DNA of 42,943 bases from an uncultured bacterium. Its GTDB lineage: Bacteria; Gemmatimonadota; Gemmatimonadetes; JACCXV01; JAHWKZ01. Where the stretch lies: positions 1-42,943 of the forward strand of contig CBDUCI010000001.1 in NCBI GenBank assembly GCA_965365605.1. Direction: 5' to 3'. The translations under genes and the position numbers were made by a program. Below the pieces are notes generated by a model. That model made no database searches, was not told where the DNA came from, and worked only from the letters and a program-made list of their open reading frames with translations. The stretch's first letter is position 1. Each line of letters begins with the position of its first letter. Of the stretch, positions 24,235 to 35,998 are shown piece by piece.

Positions 24235-24282
24235 CGTTACAGAAAACTGCCGGCAGCAGCAGCAAACCGGGAGTGCCAGCCG

Positions 24283-24540
24283 TTAGCCACCGCTGACCGG
24301 GGGGATGATGGCGACCTCGTCGTCGGGCCCTATCGACGCGTCGCCATCGACATAGCGCCGATTGACGACCACCCGCGAGCGGCCCAGCAGCGGCGTCAAA
24401 TTCGGATACGCCGTCGATAGCGCGTCGACGACCTTTGCCGCCGTCACTGGTGTCGGCAACTCCATGACTGTTCGGCTGCGCCCCACCGCTTCGCGGGCTG
24501 GTCCAAACAGCAACACGGTGACGCCCGACGGTGTGCTCAA
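24283..24540 (-). CDS. moaD: Molybdopterin synthase sulfur-carrier subunit MoaD (ThiS/MoaD ubiquitin-like fold)
   Basis: VTVLLFGPAREAVG beta1 strand; C-terminal ...IIPPVSGG diglycine. TTG 24540 overlaps the hydrolase stop (TTGA); GTG 24516 is an alternative. Confidence 0.85.
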   Translation of the reverse strand: MSTPSGVTVLLFGPAREAVGRSRTVMELPTPVTAAKVVDALSTAYPNLTPLLGRSRVVVNRRYVDGDASIGPDDEVAIIPPVSGG

Positions 24541-25511
24541 TGCGACGCGGTCTCGACGCGATTCGGCCCGGTCGCTTCTCGCGATACCGACGAAGACTCC
24601 AGGTGCCGATTGAAGAACGCGGCTACGCGAGCTGAGTAGGCCGGTCGGTCCGTGAAGTACGCGCCGCAATGATGGGCGCCCTTAACAAACCACGCCTCGT
24701 GTTTCTCGGGTGCGATGGAGACCAGTCGCTCGGCGTGCTCACGAGGAACGAGCGCGTCTTGGGAACCGTGAATCACGAGCACCGGTTTATCTGTCAGCTG
24801 CGGCATTACCGCCTCGGGCGCGATGGCCGAGAACGGGGGCTTACCCCACCTCTTGTGCCACCATTCGACCGCCGACAGAAACACGCGACCATCAAGCCAT
24901 CCGCGCAAATACTGACCTGACTCCTGACGTGCTACGTGTTCGAGCATCGTCCGCTGGCTCGCGAACGCGCTGTCGACTGCGATCGCGCCGACTCGCGGAT
25001 CGTCACCGCCCATCAGGGCCACTACGCCGCCCATCGAGTAGCCGAGCAGTCCTATCGCTGCTCGTGGCACCTGCTCATCCACAACATCGAGTGCCGCCTT
25101 CAGATCCTCCTGCTCCCACAGCCCCATCGAGATGTTGGCTCTGTCGCTCGTGCCCCGGCCACGAAAGTCGAACAGCAGGACGTTGAAACCGGCGCGCCAC
25201 AAGTAGCTCGAGATCCCCAACAGCTGTGCCTTGTGACCGCGGTAACCGTGCATGACGACGATTACCCGTCGGCGGGCGGGCTGTGGCAAAAACCAGCCGT
25301 GCAGTCGCACGTCATCGGCGGTCTTGAAATGAACCGGTGAAAACTCGAGATCGAGCTCCCACGGTGTGAAGGCGAAGTTGGCATCCGGCCTCAAGGAGGG
25401 CGGGCGATTGATACGCCAGGCACCAAACCAACCCAGCAGAACCCACAGACCGATCGCCAGGGCGAGCAGACCCAGCCCCACGCCAGCCACGATTGCGAAC
25501 CCGGCCGTCAC
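24537..25511 (-). CDS. Membrane-anchored alpha/beta hydrolase
   Basis: N-terminal TM (FAIVAGVGLGLLALAIGLWVLLGWFGAW), HGYRGHK, nucleophile elbow GYSMGG, VIHGSQDALVP, C-terminal GAHHCG. The GTG start overlaps the upstream stop (GTGA). Confidence 0.8.
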   Translation of the reverse strand: MTAGFAIVAGVGLGLLALAIGLWVLLGWFGAWRINRPPSLRPDANFAFTPWELDLEFSPVHFKTADDVRLHGWFLPQPARRRVIVVMHGYRGHKAQLLGISSYLWRAGFNVLLFDFRGRGTSDRANISMGLWEQEDLKAALDVVDEQVPRAAIGLLGYSMGGVVALMGGDDPRVGAIAVDSAFASQRTMLEHVARQESGQYLRGWLDGRVFLSAVEWWHKRWGKPPFSAIAPEAVMPQLTDKPVLVIHGSQDALVPREHAERLVSIAPEKHEAWFVKGAHHCGAYFTDRPAYSARVAAFFNRHLESSSVSREATGPNRVETASH

Positions 25512-26965
25512 TCCGCGCTCTGTCGCGCCTCGGAGGTTATAGAGCGATCCCGTCCGCCGCGTTTGGCGGTGTAAAGTGCCTGATCAGCCCAGGCGATGAG
25601 TGCGTCCTGACGATGCTCGGGACTGGTAAAGTCCTCGGACCCAAACGGCATACAAGCCACTCCGCACGATATCGTCAATGGTTTCCCCTGCAGCGCCTCG
25701 AAGTAATGAGCTTTGACCTCCCGGCGCATCCGCTCTGCCTGGCGAAACGCCCCGGCCATGCCCGTCTCCGGGAGCAGAACGGCGAACTCCTCACCCCCGT
25801 AGCGAGCGACAAGATCTGTCTCGCGGATCGTTCGCACCAGTACGCTCGCCAGCTCCTTTAGAACCGCGTCACCGCGCTGGTGACCAAACGTGTCATTGAC
25901 GTTCTTGAAATGATCGAGGTCGAGGAGGATAAGTCCCAGGTCGGAGTTGTACCGCTCGGCGCGTTTGAACTCGTCTTCGAGTCGCTGATAGAAGTGCCGG
26001 TGGTTGTAAAGACCTGTTAGGTCGTCGGTGTTGGCGAGCGTCGATAACCGTTGATTGTCAACCGCCGCCTGCTCATACAGTGCCGCGTTGGCGAGACCGT
26101 TGGCAGCCGCACTAGCCACCACCTGCGCAAAGCGGATCTCGGGTCGCGTGTACGGCCGGTGCTCACGCGAGGAGAGCAGCACGTACTCCCCCAACTCCTT
26201 GTGTACGTCGAGCGGAACGATCAACACCGATTTGCGATCCGGGATCCGCTCCGTGACATCAGCCAACAGAGGGTCATTGTCGGTGTCATCGATCACGACC
26301 ACCCGGCGCTCGGAAGCCGCCTTGAGGATCTCCGGATAGTCGTCGAGAGTGATCTCCTGATTCCGCATCTCCGGTTCTTCGCGGGTAGCGACCAAGTACC
26401 CGGTCCGGTCGTCAACCACCTTGATGAGCGACACCCGGTCCGACTTGACCACGGCGCCCAGCTCGCTCACGATCGTGAACAGCACTTCGTCGCTGTCGAG
26501 TGATGAGCTCACCGCTTGGGAAATTCGCAGCATCGCTGCCAGATCGTCGTGGTATCGCTTGACCTCGAGGTTGGTTCGAATCCGGGCATCGAGCTCGTCA
26601 AAGAAGAACGGTTTCGTAACGTAGTCAGCTGCTCCGGCCTCGAGTGCGACGACGACGTCCTCGCGACCGCTCTTTGCGGTCAGCATGAGAATCCGGATGT
26701 CCTTGAGTTGAGGGTCCTGCTTGAAAACGCGACATACCGCGAGGCCATCGACTTCAGGCATCATGACGTCTAGGAGCACCAAGTCGGGGGGCTCCTGGCG
26801 GGCTATTTCTATCGCTTCACGCCCGTTTCTTGCTACAGATGTCCGATACCCCTTGAATTGCAACATCGTTGTCAATGTGTCGCAAATCGAGGGATCGTCG
26901 TCGACGACTAGGATATGGGCATCCAGGATCGTGTCGCGGGTTGCCTCTGTGGCGGGCGCCTTCAG
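25508..26965 (-). CDS. Response regulator REC-GAF-GGDEF diguanylate cyclase
   Basis: REC: HILVVDDD (upstream of the track start), LLDVMMPEVDG, MLTAKS, VTKPF. Central GAF-like region. GGDEF domain with RETD I-site five residues before GGEEF. The 5' end is set at CTG 26965 because the REC N-terminus precedes any ATG/GTG/TTG; the track start is TTG 26875. Confidence 0.85.
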   Translation of the reverse strand: MKAPATEATRDTILDAHILVVDDDPSICDTLTTMLQFKGYRTSVARNGREAIEIARQEPPDLVLLDVMMPEVDGLAVCRVFKQDPQLKDIRILMLTAKSGREDVVVALEAGAADYVTKPFFFDELDARIRTNLEVKRYHDDLAAMLRISQAVSSSLDSDEVLFTIVSELGAVVKSDRVSLIKVVDDRTGYLVATREEPEMRNQEITLDDYPEILKAASERRVVVIDDTDNDPLLADVTERIPDRKSVLIVPLDVHKELGEYVLLSSREHRPYTRPEIRFAQVVASAAANGLANAALYEQAAVDNQRLSTLANTDDLTGLYNHRHFYQRLEDEFKRAERYNSDLGLILLDLDHFKNVNDTFGHQRGDAVLKELASVLVRTIRETDLVARYGGEEFAVLLPETGMAGAFRQAERMRREVKAHYFEALQGKPLTISCGVACMPFGSEDFTSPEHRQDALIAWADQALYTAKRGGRDRSITSEARQSAE

Positions 26966-26971
26966 ACAGCT

Positions 26972-29476
26972 TCACTCCTCTTCGGGTCGCAGGGGGAGCT
27001 GCTCCACGGCCGGATCTTGTGACGAAGCAGCGCTCTCTGCCTCGTGGTCAAGCACGACCCGTGCCACGTCCCCTACGCGATGACCCTCCTCGAGGTTGAT
27101 CAGCTTGACGCCCTGGGTCGCGCGACCCATCACGCGCACCCCCCCGACCGGGAAGCGGATGATGATGCCACCGGTCGTCACCACCATGAGCTCATCCTCC
27201 CCAACGACCTCCTTGACCGCCACCAGGGGCCCGGTCTTCGTGGTCGGCTTGAGCGTCTTGATCCCCTTGCCGCCGCGGTGGGTGACTCGATAATCCGCGA
27301 TCCGTGTTCGTTTACCAAAACCGTTCTCGGTGACCGCCATCAGCGCATTGTTCTCATTTCGAACAACCACCATACCGAGCACGCCGTCGTCCTTGCCCTG
27401 CAGCGTGACCCCTTTCACCCCACGGGTCGCACGACCCATGTCGCGGACTTCTTCTTCCGAGAATCGAATCGCTTGCCCCTTTCTGGTGGCCAGGATCACG
27501 TCGTTCGTCCCGTCGGTCAGCTGAGCATCGATCAGACGGTCGTCATCATCGATGTTGATCGCGATGATGCCGCCTCGGCGCGGATTGCCATACGCCGATA
27601 GCACCGTCTTCTTGATGATGCCGCTCTCGGTCGCCATCAAGACGTGATGCTTGTCGTCGAACTCACGGACACTGATGACCCCGGCTACTTGATCACCGGG
27701 CTCGACCTCCAGCAGGTTGACGATCGGTCTCCCCCGGCTGACTCGACCCGCCTGGGGGATATCGTACACCTTTAGCCAGTGGCACTTACCCCGCTCGGTC
27801 AGCACCAGCAGGTAATCGTGTGTGGTTGCCACGTACAACCGCTCGATCCAGTCGTCGTCCTTGGTCCCCATCCCTGTTATGCCACGCCCGCCGCGTCGCT
27901 GGCGTCGATACGTCGTCGCGGCGATGCGCTTGATGTAGCCGGTATGACTGATCGTCACGACCATATCTTCTTCGGCGATCAGATCCTCCATCGACAGGTC
28001 GGCACCGCCGGGGAGGATCTCGGTCCGCCGTTCATCACCGTACTTGTCAGACAGTTCCATGAGCTCGTCTTTGATCAGCTGCATGCGGAGCCGCTCAGAC
28101 CCGAGCAGCTCCTTGAGCCGCGCGATCGTCTCCAATAGGGCCTGGTACTCTTCCTCCAGCTTGTCGCGCTCGAGCCCGGTCAGCCGTGCCAGTCGCATGT
28201 CTAGGATCGCCTGGGCCTGGCGCTCGCTCAAGTTGAACTCCTCCATCAGCCCCGATCGCGCAGCCTCTGTGTCGTCCGCCGACTTGATCAGTTGCACGAC
28301 CGCGTCGATGTTCTCGAGCGCTATCCTCAAGCCTTCCAGGATGTGCGCCCGGGACTCCGCCTCATCCAGCTCGTGTTTGGCTCGCCGTACGACGACGTCG
28401 TGACGATGGGCCACAAAGCGCTCGAGCATCTCCTTGAGTCCCATTTCCTTGGGGACGTTGTCGACGAGCGCCAAGTTGATGATCCCGAACGTCCACTCCA
28501 TCTGTGTTGACTTGTAGAGATTGTTGAGCACGACCTCGGGGATCGTTCCTTTCTTGAGCTCGATCACGACCCGCATGCCGTCACGGTCGGACTCGTCTCT
28601 CAGATCCGAGATGCCTTCGACCCGCTTCCGGCGAACCAATTCGACGATCTGCTCGATCAGCTTTGACTTGTTGATCTGGTAAGGGATCTCGGTAATAACG
28701 ATCGCCTCGCGTCCGTTTGCTTTCGTCTCCGTCACCGCCCTCGCGCGCATCGCGATCTTGCCACGGCCGGTCTCGTACGCCGCACGAATCCCCGCCCGGC
28801 CCCGGATGAAGCCAGCGGTCGGGAAGTCGGGGCCCTTGACGTGTTCCATGAGTCCGTCGAGATCGATGTCCGGATCGTCGATCAACGCACACGTGGCGGC
28901 GACCACCTCGCGCAGGTTATGGGGCGGGATGTTCGTCGCCATACCGACCGCGATGCCGCTGGCGCCATTGATCAGCAGGTTGGGCAGCTTCGACGGAAGG
29001 ACCGATGGCTCCGTCAGCCGGTCATCGAAGTTCGGGGCGAAGTCGACGGTGTTCTTGTCGATGTCCGCCAGCAGCTCCGTGGCCACCGAAGCCAGGCGGA
29101 TCTCGGTGTACCGATAGGCGGCCGCCGGATCGCCGTCTACCGAGCCGTAGTTGCCCTGGCCGTCGAGCAGCGGGTAACGCAACGAGAAGGGCTGGACCAT
29201 GCGCACCATGGCGTCGTATACAGCGCCATCACCGTGCGGGTGGTACTTGCCGAGCACGTCGCCGACGACCGTCGCGCTTTTCTTGTAGGGCCGGTTAGGT
29301 GCCAGGCCGAGCTCTGACATCGAGTACAGGATGCGGCGGTGGACCGGCTTCAGCCCATCGCGCACGTCGGGCAACGCTCGAGCGACGATCACGCTCATCG
29401 AATAATCGATAAACGACTCCTTCAGCTCGTCGGCGATGTACCGTGTTACGATCCTCTCTCTCGGTTCAACGACCAT
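26972..29476 (-). CDS. gyrA: DNA gyrase subunit A
   Basis: [12 protein letters not shown], active-site Tyr region [12 protein letters not shown]-terminal beta-pinwheel repeats, acidic tail; 834 aa. Confidence 0.97.
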   Translation of the reverse strand: MVVEPRERIVTRYIADELKESFIDYSMSVIVARALPDVRDGLKPVHRRILYSMSELGLAPNRPYKKSATVVGDVLGKYHPHGDGAVYDAMVRMVQPFSLRYPLLDGQGNYGSVDGDPAAAYRYTEIRLASVATELLADIDKNTVDFAPNFDDRLTEPSVLPSKLPNLLINGASGIAVGMATNIPPHNLREVVAATCALIDDPDIDLDGLMEHVKGPDFPTAGFIRGRAGIRAAYETGRGKIAMRARAVTETKANGREAIVITEIPYQINKSKLIEQIVELVRRKRVEGISDLRDESDRDGMRVVIELKKGTIPEVVLNNLYKSTQMEWTFGIINLALVDNVPKEMGLKEMLERFVAHRHDVVVRRAKHELDEAESRAHILEGLRIALENIDAVVQLIKSADDTEAARSGLMEEFNLSERQAQAILDMRLARLTGLERDKLEEEYQALLETIARLKELLGSERLRMQLIKDELMELSDKYGDERRTEILPGGADLSMEDLIAEEDMVVTISHTGYIKRIAATTYRRQRRGGRGITGMGTKDDDWIERLYVATTHDYLLVLTERGKCHWLKVYDIPQAGRVSRGRPIVNLLEVEPGDQVAGVISVREFDDKHHVLMATESGIIKKTVLSAYGNPRRGGIIAINIDDDDRLIDAQLTDGTNDVILATRKGQAIRFSEEEVRDMGRATRGVKGVTLQGKDDGVLGMVVVRNENNALMAVTENGFGKRTRIADYRVTHRGGKGIKTLKPTTKTGPLVAVKEVVGEDELMVVTTGGIIIRFPVGGVRVMGRATQGVKLINLEEGHRVGDVARVVLDHEAESAASSQDPAVEQLPLRPEEE

Positions 29477-29493
29477 CTGTGCTTACCCCATCC

Positions 29494-31826
<2,333 letters not shown>

Positions 31827-32996
31827 CCTCCACGCGCCACTGTACCAGGCCGTTCCCGAGCCACGGCAGCGGCCGTGGAGTCGTCACGAACTTCTGGTGC
31901 CGATCACCGAGCCACTCCAACAGGCGACCAGCCCGGTCTTCATCGAGCTCCGAGAACACGTCGTCAAGTAGCAAAACCGGCGTGTGCTCGCTCTCACTCT
32001 CTAGCAGTTCGGCCTCTGCGAGCCGCAGCGCGATCGCCGCCGTCCGCTGTTCCCCCTGCGACCCAAACTGAGCTAGTCGATGGCCCGCGAGCTGGATGAC
32101 CAGCTCGTCCCGATGCGGACCCACCGTAGTCCAGCCCTGTCGCTGATCCCGTTGCCTGCTATCGGTCAGTGCCTGCCTCCAGCTGATGGCGATGCTCTCA
32201 TCGTTCGACGCCAAGTTGGCGCAACCCGGAACCGAAGACCGGTACTCGAGCTCGTAACCGAGTCGATCGACGGCTCCTGCGACTTGTGCGCCGACGCTCG
32301 TAAACCGGCGCGCCAATTGCTCAGCGATAGCAGCCCTCGCGAGTACAATCGGCAGTCCAGTCTCGATAAGCGTCTCGTCCCACGATGCAAGCTCGGGCCC
32401 GGCGACCGGGGGCCACTTGCGCAACAGCTCATTGCGCTGCCGCAGCGCCCGTTCATACACCGGAAGGGCCCGTGCGTACCGTCGCGACGTCGACGTCAAC
32501 AAACCGTCGAGATACCGCCGCCGCTGATCTGGACCACCACCGACGATCGCCAGGTCGGCTGGCGCCAAGAGCACGGCCAGCACGGAACCGGCCGCGTCCG
32601 CGGGACGGGCCACCGTTTGCCCGTCGAGTGAAACACGCCGCGTCCGACGATCGGCTGCTACAGCCACCCTCCGGTTTTGACCCGTTCCACACACCACGTG
32701 GCCTTCGACCCGAAAATGCTGGGCACCAAAGGCGATCGAGTCCGCGGGCCGCGTGCCGCGAAACGACCGAAAACGCGCGAGATAATGGATAGCCTCGAGA
32801 AAATTGCTCTTTCCCTGCCCGTTTGAGCCCACCAAAACAGCCCCGGCAGGGGTCACCTCGAGGGTCACGGAAGCCAAGTTTCGGAAGTGGTCGAGACCGA
32901 CCTCAGTCAGCCGCACCGGGCGGCTCCGTCACGGTTACCCTGAAACACCCTTAAAATTAACTCTCATAAGGACTTCGGGCAATACGTGACGAGCGA

Positions 32997-34106
32997 TTAT
33001 TCTTGCAGGCGGAGGGGCATCACGAGACACAAATAGGTGTCTTGATCATCGCCTGTTGGGCGCAAGATAGCGGCCCTCTCGGGAGCCTTGAAGGTGATCT
33101 CGACTTCATCGGTATCGACGTAGCGGAGAACCTCTAACAAGTAGTTCGCATTGAACCCGATATCGATGGGGTCACCTTCGTAGGTGCACGGAATCTCGTC
33201 GCTCGCCTCACCCACGTCTGGCGTAGAGACGTGAAACTTCATTGTGTCTTCACTGATTGACAGCCGAACGCGATGCGTCTGATCGCTCGCCATGACGGCC
33301 ATCCTTCGAAGCGCTGCCATGAGTCGTTCCTTGTCAGCGCGTGCCAGTTTGTCGTTATCGACCGGGATGACCTGTTCGTAATTCGGATAAGGTCCTTCGA
33401 TGAGTCGACTAAACACTACACCGCGGTCGCCCTTGAAACCGATTTGCCGCTCATCCATCGCGACCTTCAACTCATCGTCGGGTGCAAAGATCCGACCCAC
33501 CTGCGCTAAGGCCTTCGGTGCGACGATCACACTCTGCGATGTACCGCTGCTACCATTCGATGCCGGAAGTATGTACCGCGCCAGTCGGTGACCATTGGTG
33601 GCCACCATCTGCATTTTCTCATCCTCAAGTTCCCACAGGACACCGTTGAGGATAGGTCGCGTATCCTCGGTCGAAGCGGCAAATCGAGTATGCGCCGCTA
33701 GCTTCTCAACGGTTCCCGCGGTAACCGTCAGGCCAGCATCGAAGTTCAGTTCTGGAAAGCTTGGAAAATCGTCTGCCGGGAGTCCGTGAATCTTGAAGTG
33801 ACTGCTCTCACACTCAACAGTGACATGCTCGTTCTTTCCCTTAACACGCACCGGGCTCGCTGGTAATGCCCTAATCATGTCGGTCAACTTCTTTGCTGGA
33901 AGAGTCACGGTTCCTGGCTTATCAACGCTTGCGGCAACGTTCATGGTAACCGAAAGATCAAGATCGGTAGCCGAAACTTGCAGCATGTCGTTGTCCGCAA
34001 CGAGCATCAGGTTTCCGATAATCGGAAGCGGTGTCCGTGTTGGAACGATATTCGAAACTGCGCTTAATGTGTCGAGAAACTCCGCCTGACCAATCGTAAA
34101 TTGCAT
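32997..34106 (-). CDS. dnaN: DNA polymerase III beta sliding clamp
   Basis: 369 aa; N-terminus MQFTIGQAEFLDTLSAVSNIVPTRTPLPIIGNLML; C-terminus LVMPLRL; GGAGGT RBS 6 nt upstream of ATG 34106. Confidence 0.96.
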   Translation of the reverse strand: MQFTIGQAEFLDTLSAVSNIVPTRTPLPIIGNLMLVADNDMLQVSATDLDLSVTMNVAASVDKPGTVTLPAKKLTDMIRALPASPVRVKGKNEHVTVECESSHFKIHGLPADDFPSFPELNFDAGLTVTAGTVEKLAAHTRFAASTEDTRPILNGVLWELEDEKMQMVATNGHRLARYILPASNGSSGTSQSVIVAPKALAQVGRIFAPDDELKVAMDERQIGFKGDRGVVFSRLIEGPYPNYEQVIPVDNDKLARADKERLMAALRRMAVMASDQTHRVRLSISEDTMKFHVSTPDVGEASDEIPCTYEGDPIDIGFNANYLLEVLRYVDTDEVEITFKAPERAAILRPTGDDQDTYLCLVMPLRLQE

Positions 34107-34388
34107 GCTGCTACCTCCAACCGGTGATAATTATCCCCGAAGAGATTCTGTTCTGGTTCTACTTATAACTTCGTTTAGTAATAGAAATAGGGATGGATAA
34201 TTTGTGGAATAGCACATCATGATCCATTGAAAAGCCAGGTAGAATGAGCTGTCTGACGGTTTTGGTGGGTAACTCTTTCATCTGAGCCATATGTGGATAG
34301 AGTCGTAGTCAATGGGGAAGCTCGCAAAAACTCCCCATCGCCCCCAGACAATCCCCAAGCTTCCCACCGCTGGTTCCAACCCTTGAAA
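34107..34388. promoter_or_regulatory. Candidate oriC segment (dnaA-dnaN spacer): AT-rich unwinding region plus imperfect DnaA boxes
   Basis: This is the most AT-rich stretch of the window (34161-34215: acttataacttcgtttagtaatagaaatagggatggataatttgtggaatagcac). DnaA-box-like 9-mers compared with TTATCCACA/TGTGGATAA: TGTGGATAG 34292-34300 (1 mismatch); TTATCCCCG 34131-34139, GATGGATAA 34192-34200 and TGTGGAATA 34203-34211 (2 mismatches each). Confidence 0.5.
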
Positions 34389-35816
34389 TCACGATGCGAT
34401 TCGTTCACGCAGTTGCTCAATTCGCATTCTTATCATGCGGCTGTCGTTGATCTCGTTCTCGACTTTATCGCAGGCATGAATGACAGTCGTATGATCGCGC
34501 CCACCGAACGCCTGTCCTATTTCAACGAGCGGAAGATCGGTCAGTTGGCGACACAATAGCATCGCGATCTGTCTCGGTACAGTGAGATTCTTCGTCCGTT
34601 TTCGAGACTTCAAGCCCTCGACAGTAACACCGTACTCGGAGGCAACCTCGGTTTGAATACGATCGACGGTCACGCGAACGGTCTCCGTGGTCAGGATATT
34701 CTTCAGAACTTCCTCGGCGAGCTCGATCGTTATATCGGATCCGTTGAGACTCGAGTGTGCCATCAAGCGAATCAACGAACCTTCCAGTTCGCGAACGTTT
34801 GACTTGACGTTCTTGGCGATGAACAAGATCACGTCATGCGGAATTTCGAGACTACTGCGATCCGCCTTGTGCTGCAGGATCGCGATTCGAGTTTCCAGGT
34901 CGGGGGGTTGGATATCGACTACGAGGCCCCATTCGAAGCGCGAAACCAAACGCTCCTCGAGCGTCGGAATCTCCTTTGGCGGTCGGTCGCTTGTAACGAC
35001 GATTTGTTTGTGAGCGTCGTAGAGCGCGTTGAAGGTATGAAAGAACTCCTCTTGAGTGGCGTCCTTGCCCTGAAGAAACTGGACGTCATCGATGAGAAGC
35101 AGGTCCATTTTTCGGTACTTGTTGCGAAAATCGAGCGTCTTCCCGAACTGTAGAGCCTCGATCATCTGGTTCATGAACGTTTCCGCCGAGAGGTAGCAAA
35201 CCCGTTCGAGCCTCTCGAACGCCAGTGACGTGTTCCCTATAGCCTGCATGAGGTGGGTCTTGCCGAGCCCCACGCCACCGTAGATAAACAGCGGGTTGTA
35301 TGTCTGTGCCGGCTTCTCGGCGACCGCCAGCGAGGCTGCATGGGCCCATTGGTTGGAGTTGCCAACCACGAAGGTGTCGAACGTATAGCGAGGGTTGAGT
35401 GGCAGACCCAGGTTGACCGATCCGCGGGCTGTCTTGGCGCCAACTCGGCGATCGGCGTGCCCACTGGCATCGATGGGCCGCGGTCTATCGACAGCCTGGC
35501 CGACGGCTTCGTCCTCGAGCGATTTGAACGACATCTTGAGCTTGCGGTCGAAGAGCGACGTGGAGATCTCGGAGAGCACGCTTCCGTATTGGCCACCGAT
35601 GTAATCGACAGCGAACTGGTTCTTGACGATTATGAGAAGCTCGTCGCCAGACAACGCCACCGCTTCGGTGGGCTCAAACCACGTGCGAAACGTCTGTGGG
35701 TTGATGACCTTAGAAGCCTGGCCGAGTATCTGTGACCAAACCTCAGGCGCGGTGAGTTCGCTCGACTGCAACGTCTCCGCTCGGCTGGAATTTGAAGGGT
35801 GTGTCAACAACAACAA
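34389..35816 (-). CDS. dnaA: Chromosomal replication initiator DnaA
   Basis: Walker A GGVGLGKTHLMQAIG, Walker B LLIDDVQFL, C-terminal DNA-binding signature GGRDHTTVIHA. The start falls in a run of four TTG codons (35816-35805); TTG 35771 is an alternative. There is no ATG or GTG in the N-terminal region. Confidence 0.95.
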   Translation of the reverse strand: MLLLTHPSNSSRAETLQSSELTAPEVWSQILGQASKVINPQTFRTWFEPTEAVALSGDELLIIVKNQFAVDYIGGQYGSVLSEISTSLFDRKLKMSFKSLEDEAVGQAVDRPRPIDASGHADRRVGAKTARGSVNLGLPLNPRYTFDTFVVGNSNQWAHAASLAVAEKPAQTYNPLFIYGGVGLGKTHLMQAIGNTSLAFERLERVCYLSAETFMNQMIEALQFGKTLDFRNKYRKMDLLLIDDVQFLQGKDATQEEFFHTFNALYDAHKQIVVTSDRPPKEIPTLEERLVSRFEWGLVVDIQPPDLETRIAILQHKADRSSLEIPHDVILFIAKNVKSNVRELEGSLIRLMAHSSLNGSDITIELAEEVLKNILTTETVRVTVDRIQTEVASEYGVTVEGLKSRKRTKNLTVPRQIAMLLCRQLTDLPLVEIGQAFGGRDHTTVIHACDKVENEINDSRMIRMRIEQLRERIAS

Positions 35817-35906
35817 TGCTGCGGCGTCGAGAGGAATTTCATAGTAGCCGGGCGCATGTCGGGTGTCAACAGCGACGAGAAAAAACTTTTGACGTTTTGG
35901 TTTCTG

Positions 35907-35934
35907 TTGACGCTTCCGACCAGCGATCTATATT
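35907..35934 (+). promoter_or_regulatory. Putative sigma70-type promoter of rpmH-rnpA-yidD-yidC
   Basis: TTGACG (35907-35912), 16-nt spacer, TATATT (35929-35934), about 65 nt upstream of the rpmH ATG. A second TTGACG lies at 35889-35894. Confidence 0.5.
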
Positions 35935-35998
35935 TCCTGGCCGTTTTCAATGATTCATTGCGACCGTCGAGGCGGTCGCCATTTTGAGGCGAACTTCG

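Noticed and set aside
26573-26583. GGTTCGAATCC, a tRNA T-loop-like 11-mer
   Set aside because: The flanking bases do not form a T-stem (GTTGG versus CCGGG has mismatches), and no acceptor or anticodon arms are present. It lies inside the well-supported REC-GAF-GGDEF coding region.
26972-26974. GyrA-REC-GGDEF fusion by TGA read-through or recoding
   Set aside because: The frames do match. However, TGA functions as a stop at many well-defined gene ends in this window (dnaE, accA, yidD, parA and others), and GyrA homologues end with such acidic tails. Initiation downstream of the stop is the simpler explanation, so this is kept only as a low-probability alternative.
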